Positions 1 to 10,006 of a stretch of DNA of 26,608 bases are shown here, in pieces. The notes under the pieces were generated by a model. The model was not told where the DNA came from. It did not search any database and saw only the letters and a list, made by a program, of their open reading frames with translations. The stretch spans positions 1 through 26,608 of the forward strand of contig JANLOX010000200.1 of NCBI GenBank assembly GCA_031366795.1. The letters run 5' to 3'. A program made the translations under genes and the position numbers. The number at the start of each line of letters is the position of its first letter. The first letter of the stretch is position 1. The stretch is from Candidatus Eiseniibacteriota bacterium. GTDB lineage: Bacteria; Eisenbacteria; RBG-16-71-46.

Positions 1-861
1 GCCTCGAACACCTCGTCCCTGTCGGTGACTGCATTGGCCGAAGGCCTCGAGCGGCCCGCGCAATTCTGCGGCTTCCACTTCTTCAATCCCGTTCACCGCA
101 TGCCGCTCGTCGAGGTGGTGCGCGGCAAGCTGACCTCGGACGCCGCGATCGTCACGGCCGTCGGGCTGGCGCGGAAGCTTGGCAAGACGCCGGTCGTCGT
201 ACAGGACGCTCCCGGATTCGTGGTGAACCGCATCCTGATGCCCTACTTGCGCGAGGCCATGCACCTGCTCGAGGAAGGCTATCCGCTGCGCGACATCGAC
301 GCCGCCATGCGCCGCTTTGGCATGCCGATGGGACCATTCGAGGTGCTGGACGAAGTCGGGCTTGACGTCGCGGTCAAAGTCGGAGCGATCCTGGGGCGTG
401 CATTCCCCGATCGCATGCAAGCGGCTCCCATGCTGGAGAAGCTCGTCGCCGCCGGACGGCTGGGGAAGAAATCGGGCGCGGGGTTCTACCGCCACCGCGG
501 TTCCAAGCGGGTCGCCGACCCCGAAGTCGCGCGCCTGCTGGGCGGGGCGCGCGGCCGCAGCGGGCACTCCCTCGAGTCACTCGCCGAGCGCATGATGCTG
601 GCGATGGTCAATGAATCCGCGCGGTGCCTTGAAGATGGTGTCGTCGCTGACGCCGGAGCCATCGATCTCGCGATGATCTTCGGCACGGGCTTCCCGCCCT
701 TCCGCGGCGGACCGTTGCGCTACGCGGATACGGTGGGGCTCGCGAAGATCGAATCCCAACTCGCGGCCCTCCGTGCCGAGAAGGGCCCGCGCTTCGAACC
801 GTCGCCGCGGCTCCTCGACCTGGCGCGCAATGGCGGGACGTTCACGCAGCCGTCGGCGTGA
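1..861 (+). CDS. fadJ: 3-hydroxyacyl-CoA dehydrogenase / fatty-acid oxidation multifunctional subunit (FadJ/FadB-like), 5'-truncated by the window edge
   Basis: Frame open from base 1 (ASNTSSLS...). Motifs HFFNP..MPLVEV, PGFVVNRIL, GMPMGPF..LDEVGLD, GRLGKKSGAGFY and a second C-terminal HCDH domain GTGFPPFRGGPL. Confidence 0.88.
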   Translation, partial: ASNTSSLSVTALAEGLERPAQFCGFHFFNPVHRMPLVEVVRGKLTSDAAIVTAVGLARKLGKTPVVVQDAPGFVVNRILMPYLREAMHLLEEGYPLRDIDAAMRRFGMPMGPFEVLDEVGLDVAVKVGAILGRAFPDRMQAAPMLEKLVAAGRLGKKSGAGFYRHRGSKRVADPEVARLLGGARGRSGHSLESLAERMMLAMVNESARCLEDGVVADAGAIDLAMIFGTGFPPFRGGPLRYADTVGLAKIESQLAALRAEKGPRFEPSPRLLDLARNGGTFTQPSA

Positions 862-950
862 GCCTCGGGCGCCGCGTGTTGCTCGCGGCTCTGCTTGCGG
901 TCGCGATCGCCGCGAGCGGGATCGCCGTGGGAGAACGTGGCGTTGTTTGA
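858..950 (+). CDS. 30-aa signal-peptide-like small ORF or truncated gene remnant (MSLGRRVLLAALLAVAIAASGIAVGERGVV)
   Basis: GTG start overlaps the fadJ stop (GTGA coupling). Basic N-terminus followed by a hydrophobic stretch; stop at 948-950. Confidence 0.4.
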   Translation: MSLGRRVLLAALLAVAIAASGIAVGERGVV

Positions 951-994
951 CTCCCCCGGGCGCGCCGTTGCCTGGGTCCAAGGAATTCGGGCAT

Positions 995-1125
995 AAATAG
1001 AACCGCCCGGCTGGAAAATCCGGGCGGTTCATTTGAGCCCAGTGCTTGCCCTCACCGGACTCGTGGAAGACTTGTAACGAACTGGAGGTTTGCAACGTTG
1101 CTCAGGCGTTGCGTTCGTTACACAT
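995..1125 (-). ncRNA. Candidate small structured RNA (unassigned; strand inferred)
   Basis: 10-bp inverted repeat TGTAACGAAC(1073-1082)/GTTCGTTACA(1113-1122) encloses the palindrome GCAACGTTGC and an anti-SD-like ACCTCC on the minus strand. It ends in the 1000-1030 hairpin. No convincing ORF. Confidence 0.3.
1000..1030. terminator. GC-rich hairpin, probable intrinsic terminator (possibly bidirectional)
   Basis: GAACCGCCCGG-N9-CCGGGCGGTTC perfect 11-bp stem, followed by ATTT on + and TATTT on -. Confidence 0.6.
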
Positions 1126-1270
1126 GATTAGACGCGCGAGGTGCCGAATAAGTTGCAAGAGCGGAGCAAACTATCGTTGGAGCCCCTGTGAGGCAGAGGC
1201 ACTGGAAATGCAAAGGGCGTCACGTCCGCGTAAGGCACCGCGTTTGTGGCTGCGAAATGCGCGCTCAACG

Positions 1271-1308
1271 AAAACGGGCGCCGGGGGCGAAAAGCCCCGG
1301 CGCCCGTT
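1271..1308 (-). terminator. Intrinsic terminator of ftsH
   Basis: 14-bp stem AACGGGCGCCGGGG/CCCCGGCGCCCGTT ending in TTTT on the minus strand, about 20 nt after the ftsH stop. Confidence 0.8.
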
Positions 1309-1326
1309 CGAACCATAAGCGAGCCG

Positions 1327-3963
<2,637 letters not shown>

Positions 3964-3967
3964 GGGC

Positions 3968-4522
3968 TTATGCCTCCTGAATAACGCCCACGAAGGGCAG
4001 ATTGCGATATTTCTCGCCATAATCCATGCCGTAACCGATCACGAATTCATCGCCGATCGTCCAGCAGGCGTAGTCAACGGGGACAGGGAACTTCCGGCAC
4101 GGGGCCTTGTCGAGTAGCGAGGCGATGCGAATGCTCGCCGGATTGCGCTGCTTGAGCAGGTCGATCAGGAACGACAGACTGCGGCCCGAATCGACGACCC
4201 CTTCGCAGATCACGACGTGGCGGCCGGCGATGTCGTTGCGCAGGTCTGATTCCATGCGGACATTGCCGCTCGACGTGGTGCCGCTGCCATAGGACGACAG
4301 CGTGACGAAGTCGAACTCGACTTCCATTGGAGTGGCGCGCGCCAGGTCGCACATGAACAGGCAGGCACCTTTAAGCACGCCCACGAACACGGGGGAGCGC
4401 GTGAGCGGGCTCAAGTCGCGGGCGATCTGCACGCCGACTTCGCGAATGCGCGCCGCGATCTGCTCCGCACTGAACAGCACACGAATCGAGGGCTCCAGCT
4501 GAACGGCCTGGGTCGTTGTCAT
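3968..4522 (-). CDS. hpt: Hypoxanthine phosphoribosyltransferase
   Basis: VGVLKGA..F..DL, SSYG, PRPP loop [29 protein letters not shown]; tilS-hpt-ftsH synteny. Confidence 0.93.
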   Translation of the reverse strand: MTTTQAVQLEPSIRVLFSAEQIAARIREVGVQIARDLSPLTRSPVFVGVLKGACLFMCDLARATPMEVEFDFVTLSSYGSGTTSSGNVRMESDLRNDIAGRHVVICEGVVDSGRSLSFLIDLLKQRNPASIRIASLLDKAPCRKFPVPVDYACWTIGDEFVIGYGMDYGEKYRNLPFVGVIQEA

Positions 4523-4709
4523 GACGCTCCGCGTGAACGCAGGGTATCCCTCGAGGTGTTCGATTGCGCCCGTGCGCGCATTAGGTGCAATCCAATACCC
4601 CGGAAGATCCCGCTGTCGTCAGCAAGGACGGTCGGCGACGTTGCCCGCGAACGGGGTGGACGATGTCACGGAAATTGGCGGGCCCAAGGCCCAGCGAACG
4701 GCTGAACCC

Positions 4710-5846
4710 TCAAGCAGGCCGCTTCGGCGCGCGCGTGCCGGACCTCCTGGATCCGCCAACTCCCTGTCCCGGCGCAGTATTCCCTAGTTTCAATAATTTC
4801 GGAAATCTCCACGGTGGAGATTTCGTGTCGTCTTGGATGCGCCGGGGGGCGATCCGGATTGCATTGCCCTCGCGGTACGCCACGAACCCTGACGGAAGCA
4901 ACACAGGTCCGCTCGCAGGTCCCGCCAGGCGGCTGATTTGGGAGAGGTGGGCCGCCGTCAGGCCGACTCCTTTGGGGGCACTGGCCCGCCAGACCGCCCG
5001 CAGCAATTCACGCCGGGCGGCGGGAGGGAAGCGCACCAGGCGGTCGACCGGGATGCTGGCGCCCTGTGCGCTGGCGTTTGCCGCGCGGGCCAGCGGCCGC
5101 GTCCAGACTTTAAGGGCGGCCTCCGCCTCGCGCAACTCCGTGGCCATCGCGGTGACGCGGCGCGCGAGTGCCACGCGGGCGTCGCGAGCGGGTGCAGCGC
5201 CCAGCACCGCGACGAGCGCCGGGATCGCCTCGTTGCGCATGCGATTGCGGGCGAAGACCGGCGTCACGTTGGTTGCATCGGTGCGCCAGGGCTGGCGCGC
5301 GCGCGTGAGATCCGCCTCGATGTCGGCGCGCGTGGCTTCGAGCAGCGGCTTGATGCGCTTGCCCGAGCGGGGCCGCATGCCGCCGAGGCCGCGCAGACCG
5401 CTGCCGCGCAGCAGGCGCAGCAGGACGGTCTCGAGCTGGTCGTCCGCGGTGTGCGCGGTCGCGATCCACGCCGCGTCGCAGCGGGCCGCCGCGGCATCGA
5501 GGAATTCGCGCCGCAACATGCGCAGCCCGTTCTCACCCGACCAACCGCGGCGGAGCATGCGGGCACGGGTGTCCCAGCGCGCCGCGATCAAGGGGACGCC
5601 GAGGCGCTTGCACAGCCCGGCTACGAACGCCGCGTCGTCATCGGAAGCAGCGCCGCGCAGGCGATGATTGAGGTGCGCGGCATGGATCTCGATGCCAAAT
5701 TCGTGCGCGAGCGAACAGAGCGCCGCGAGCAGTGCAGTCGAGTCGGCGCCGCCGCTGACCGCGACCAGCACACGGTCCCCCTCGGACACCCGGCAGGGAC
5801 CCTTGAGCGCCCGGCGCAATACGGGCTCGACGCGACGCAGGCGCAT
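4710..5846 (-). CDS. tilS: tRNA(Ile)-lysidine synthetase (short form, no clear C-terminal TilS_C domain)
   Basis: PP-loop AVSGGADS, HLNHRLRG, AHTADDQLET.LLRLLRGSG, IKPLL, D.TN....RNRMR. Start set at ATG 5846 because the 5897 start overlaps the tRNA. Confidence 0.93.
   Translation of the reverse strand: MRLRRVEPVLRRALKGPCRVSEGDRVLVAVSGGADSTALLAALCSLAHEFGIEIHAAHLNHRLRGAASDDDAAFVAGLCKRLGVPLIAARWDTRARMLRRGWSGENGLRMLRREFLDAAAARCDAAWIATAHTADDQLETVLLRLLRGSGLRGLGGMRPRSGKRIKPLLEATRADIEADLTRARQPWRTDATNVTPVFARNRMRNEAIPALVAVLGAAPARDARVALARRVTAMATELREAEAALKVWTRPLARAANASAQGASIPVDRLVRFPPAARRELLRAVWRASAPKGVGLTAAHLSQISRLAGPASGPVLLPSGFVAYREGNAIRIAPRRIQDDTKSPPWRFPKLLKLGNTAPGQGVGGSRRSGTRAPKRPA
4802..4824. promoter_or_regulatory. 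Perfect 11-1-11 palindrome, operator-like, in an AT-rich patch within the 3' tail of tilS
   Basis: GAAATCTCCAC-G-GTGGAGATTTC, upstream of hpt-ftsH. Confidence 0.4.
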
Positions 5847-5864
5847 GGGGATCGGAAGAACTGG

Positions 5865-5940
5865 TGGTGGCGGCGGAGGGAGTCGAACCCCCGACACAGG
5901 GATTATGATTCCCCTGCTCTACCAGCTGAGCTACACCGCC
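5865..5940 (-). tRNA. tRNA with CAT anticodon, most likely elongator tRNA-Met
   Basis: GGCGGTGTAGCTCAGCTGGTAGAGCAGGGGAATCATAATCCCTGTGTCGGGGGTTCGACTCCCTCCGCCGCCACCA: full 76-nt cloverleaf with encoded CCA. G1-C72 is paired, so it is not the initiator. Confidence 0.93.
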
Positions 5941-5975
5941 GAAACGTGGGCCATCGGAGTGATGGCGGGCCAGAA

Positions 5976-6004
5976 AAACTAGGGGTGAACGAGGGTGGAG
6001 TCAA
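5976..6004 (-). promoter_or_regulatory. Sigma70-type promoter for tRNA-tilS(-hpt-ftsH)
   Basis: TTGACT (6004-5999), 17 nt spacer, TAGTTT (5981-5976), 35 nt upstream of the tRNA 5' end. Confidence 0.7.
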
Positions 6005-6021
6005 GCCGCGTCGCCCGCGCC

Positions 6022-6861
6022 TTACCCCACCACCTTCTCGTCCGCCGGGCCGCGCTCGGCGCCCGCCGCGGAAGCTTCTGATGTCTCGATCATCGCGGCC
6101 TCCTCCTCTGGCCGCAGCCGGAAGATGCGCGACAGCTCGCTGCGCAGCTCGCCTTCGTCCAGGGCCTGGTGCATGTGGCCGCGCCAGGCGATCGAGATCT
6201 TGCCGGTCTGCTCGCTGACCACGATCACCGCGGCGTCGCTCTCTTCGCTCAGGCCCAAGCCCGCGCGGTGACGGGTGCCAAGGGTTTCGGGCGTGCGGGC
6301 ATTGGATGAGAGCGGCAGGATGCACGAGGCGGCGATGACCGCGTCCTCGCGAATGATCACGGCGCCATCGTGCAGCGGCGAGCCGGGGCTGAACAGCGTG
6401 ACGATCAGCTCGGCCGACACCTTGGCGTCGATGCGCGTGCCGCTATCTACGAAGTTGCGCAGGCCGGTGTTTCGCTCGAGCGCGATCAGCGCGCCGTGGC
6501 GGCGGCGGGCGAGCGTTTCGACGGCGCGCACGACTTCACCGAGAAAGCCGTAGTGATCCGAGCGCAGGAACGAGCGGAAGTAGCGCGTGCGGCCGAACAA
6601 CGCGAGGGCGTGGCGGAGTTCTGGCTGGAACAGGATGACGAATGCGATCAGCCACACGGTCTTCAGGCCCGAAACGATCCACTTCACGGCGATCAGGTCG
6701 AATTCGCGCGCGAGGACGCCGATCAGCACGATGACCAGCAGCCCGACGTACATCTGCGCCGATCGCGTGCCCTTGACGAGGATCAGCAGGCGATAAAAAA
6801 CCGCTGCCACGAGCAGGATGTCGACGATGTCGAACAGCCAGAATGTGTGGACTGGATTCAT
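6022..6861 (-). CDS. cdaA: Membrane-bound diadenylate cyclase CdaA/DacA
   Basis: Three N-terminal TM helices, ILFQPELR, GALIALER, PLHDGAVII (DGA), LGTRHRAG (RHR), VVSE..G.IS. Confidence 0.95.
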   Translation of the reverse strand: MNPVHTFWLFDIVDILLVAAVFYRLLILVKGTRSAQMYVGLLVIVLIGVLAREFDLIAVKWIVSGLKTVWLIAFVILFQPELRHALALFGRTRYFRSFLRSDHYGFLGEVVRAVETLARRRHGALIALERNTGLRNFVDSGTRIDAKVSAELIVTLFSPGSPLHDGAVIIREDAVIAASCILPLSSNARTPETLGTRHRAGLGLSEESDAAVIVVSEQTGKISIAWRGHMHQALDEGELRSELSRIFRLRPEEEAAMIETSEASAAGAERGPADEKVVG

Positions 6862-6945
6862 GGAAGGGTCCCTGAGGTCGCGCGAGCATCAACTCTAACA
6901 GATGCACCGGTCGAAATGCGCTGAGGGTAGCGCCCCGCGAACGCG

Positions 6946-7785
<840 letters not shown>

Positions 7786-7864
7786 CGGCGATCCCTCCGC
7801 TCGGCGGCGCCGGCCGCGACCTGCGGGCGCACTTGCCGCCCAGCGCCGCACTCAGCCGTGCGCG

Positions 7865-8344
7865 TCACTTGCCGCCCAGCGCCACGCGCAGTCGGTCGAT
7901 CTGCTCGGCGTGGTTGTGCGCGTGGATCGCGTAGTTGCGCAGCCATCGTTCGGCGCTGAACAGCCCCGCTTCGGTGTGCCAAGCTTGGCGAACCCACTCC
8001 TCTTCCGTAAGCACGCGCAGCAATTCGGTCGTCACGGCGCGCACGGCGCGAAAGTTCTCGAGCGCGGGCATGGGGTCGCGCTCGTTGTAGCGCAGTGAGC
8101 GGGCGAACTCATCCTGGTCGTAACCCGGAATGACGGGATAGGGCTCGGCGATGATCTTGCGTATCCGTGTTGCCGAGATGGTCTCGCTGTCCGAAAGATG
8201 ATGAATGATCTCGGCAGCCGACCACTTGCCCGGAATCGGGTGAGCCGTGAGGCCTCCCGCGGGGAACCCCTCGAGGCTCGCGGCGACCCGTTCAGGCCCT
8301 TTGGCGTACTGTTCGATGAGTTTCTGGCGCTCCTCGGGAGACAT
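7865..8344 (-). CDS. DinB/YfiT-like four-helix metal-binding protein
   Basis: GKWSAAEIIHHLSDSE and HAHNHAEQI His triad; AGGAGG RBS before ATG 8344. Confidence 0.85.
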   Translation of the reverse strand: MSPEERQKLIEQYAKGPERVAASLEGFPAGGLTAHPIPGKWSAAEIIHHLSDSETISATRIRKIIAEPYPVIPGYDQDEFARSLRYNERDPMPALENFRAVRAVTTELLRVLTEEEWVRQAWHTEAGLFSAERWLRNYAIHAHNHAEQIDRLRVALGGK

Positions 8345-8551
8345 GCACACCCTCCTGTGGTTCCCAACCCGCGTTGACCGGAAGCGGGCCTGATGGTAGC
8401 AGTTACGGGTCTGCGACCCCGCCTTCGGGAGGCCAAGGGTCGCACGTGCTTGCCCAAGGCCGCTTTGCGATACCAGTCAGGCCCTCCGCACGCGCGCTTG
8501 CCCTCTGTAGAGCATCGGGAAGAACGCAGTTTTTCGGGAGGTTGAACGCGA

Positions 8552-9994
8552 ATGAAGTGGCTGAAGAGGGCGCTTCCCGTCGTGGTACTGCTCTGGACGC
8601 TCGCCGCCCCGGCGCATGCCCAGATCACCGGTCACCCGTACGAGTTTTCCGCGGGCGCCGGCATGTTCGGTTACGACACGCGCGCCCGTCTCAAGGATGG
8701 CCCAGCACTCGGCGCCTCGGCCGGCTGGCGCTACGCCCCTTGGCTCACGCTCGAGTTGAGCGGCACCTACGGCAGCACCAAGTCCGACTCGCTCCCCGAA
8801 GCCAGCGCGAGCTTCTCGGATGTGTCCGCGGACATGCGCATCAATGTGCGCCCTGCCGACGGACGTGTCGTTCCGTTCTTCCTCGCGGGATTGGGATTGG
8901 GCCGCAGCAAGGTCGATCGCGGCGCCCCCGAAACACTCAAGCGCGGCGCGCCGAGCCTGGGGATGGGAACGCTCTTTAATGTGCGCAACAACCCGCGCAT
9001 GTACGCCAGGCTTGAGGTGCGCGACATCATGTTCCGTGAGCGCGATTCCTACGAGTTCAGCCACCACATGACGGCGCAGGTCGCCATTCACTATGTGCTG
9101 CATGGACGCAACAAGGACATCGACGTCGACGGTGTGCGCGACTGGCTCGACAAGTGCCCCGAGACACAGGTCGGCGCCACGGTCGACGCGACGGGTTGCC
9201 CGAGCGATTCCGACAAGGATGGCGTGTGGGACGGCATCGACAAGTGCCCGGATTCTCCGCTCGGCGCGAAGGTCGACAAGAAGGGCTGCCCGATCGACAG
9301 CGACGGCGATGGTGTGCCGGACGGCATCGACACCTGCCCCGCCACCCCGAAGGGCGCCACGGTCGATGCGAAGGGCTGCACCAGCGACAGCGATGAAGAC
9401 GGCGTGCTCGACGGGCTCGACAAGTGCCCGAACACGCCGAAGGGTGCCAAGATCGACGAGTCGGGTTGCCCGATCGACACCGATGGCGACGGCGTGCCGG
9501 ATGGCATCGACACCTGCCCAGATACGCCGAAGGGCGCGCAGGTTGACGTCAAGGGCTGCGAGACCAAGGCCGCAACGCTCGAGCAGGAAATGCTCGACAC
9601 CGGCCGCATCCGGCTCGTCGGCGTGAACTTCGAGACGGCTAAGGCGACGCTGCTCCCCGATGGTCTGCCGAACCTCGATGCCGCAGGCGAAGTGTTGAGC
9701 AAGTGGACCGATCTCAAGGTCGAGGTGGGTGGCCACACCGACGACCAGGGCCGTCCGGGTGCCAACTTGAAGCTGAGCCAGGCGCGCGCCGAAACGGTGC
9801 GCCTCTACCTGCTCGGCAAGTACCCGGCGATCAAGCCGGAGCAACTCGTGGCCAAGGGTTACGGTAGCTCACGCCCGGTCACGACGGTCGACTCGGACGC
9901 GGCGCGCGCGATCAATCGCCGCGTGGAATTCAAGGTGCTGAATCCCGGAGTGCTGATCAAGGCGGCTGGCGCGCGCCGTACCGGCGGCAAGTAA
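8552..9994 (+). CDS. OmpA-family outer membrane protein: signal peptide, beta-barrel, five TSP3 Ca-binding repeats, C-terminal peptidoglycan-binding domain
   Basis: Signal peptide ending AHA; amphipathic beta-strands; DxDxDGVxDxxDxCP repeats; GHTD...N.KLSQARA..V, GYG...P, NRRVEF. GGAGG RBS. Confidence 0.92.
   Translation: MKWLKRALPVVVLLWTLAAPAHAQITGHPYEFSAGAGMFGYDTRARLKDGPALGASAGWRYAPWLTLELSGTYGSTKSDSLPEASASFSDVSADMRINVRPADGRVVPFFLAGLGLGRSKVDRGAPETLKRGAPSLGMGTLFNVRNNPRMYARLEVRDIMFRERDSYEFSHHMTAQVAIHYVLHGRNKDIDVDGVRDWLDKCPETQVGATVDATGCPSDSDKDGVWDGIDKCPDSPLGAKVDKKGCPIDSDGDGVPDGIDTCPATPKGATVDAKGCTSDSDEDGVLDGLDKCPNTPKGAKIDESGCPIDTDGDGVPDGIDTCPDTPKGAQVDVKGCETKAATLEQEMLDTGRIRLVGVNFETAKATLLPDGLPNLDAAGEVLSKWTDLKVEVGGHTDDQGRPGANLKLSQARAETVRLYLLGKYPAIKPEQLVAKGYGSSRPVTTVDSDAARAINRRVEFKVLNPGVLIKAAGARRTGGK
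9116..9559 (+). repeat. Five tandem ~90-bp (30-aa) thrombospondin type-3-like coding repeats
   Basis: Unit DxDxDGVxDxxDxCPxTPxGAxVDxxGC. Units 3 and 5 (PIDxDGDGVPDGIDTCP) are nearly identical. Confidence 0.9.
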
Positions 9995-10006
9995 GCATCC
10001 CGCGGT

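Noticed and set aside
1046..1318. 90-aa ORF in the fadJ-ftsH gap
   Set aside because: No RBS, atypical composition, and it runs through hairpins including the ftsH terminator.
5847..5897. Poly-Pro N-terminal extension of TilS in the ORF track
   Set aside because: It is a translation of the tRNA 3' half, not a real extension.
5865..5940. tRNA as an integration site for a genomic island
   Set aside because: No integrase, no duplicated tRNA 3' end noticed in the window, and both flanks are housekeeping genes.
8412..8444. Hairpin TGCGACCC...GGGTCGCA between the dinB-like gene and ompA
   Set aside because: A single GC-rich stem with no family resemblance; not enough to call an RNA element.
9116..9559. 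Regularly spaced repeats as a possible CRISPR array
   Set aside because: They are degenerate in-frame 30-aa TSP3 coding repeats with no unique spacers and no cas genes.
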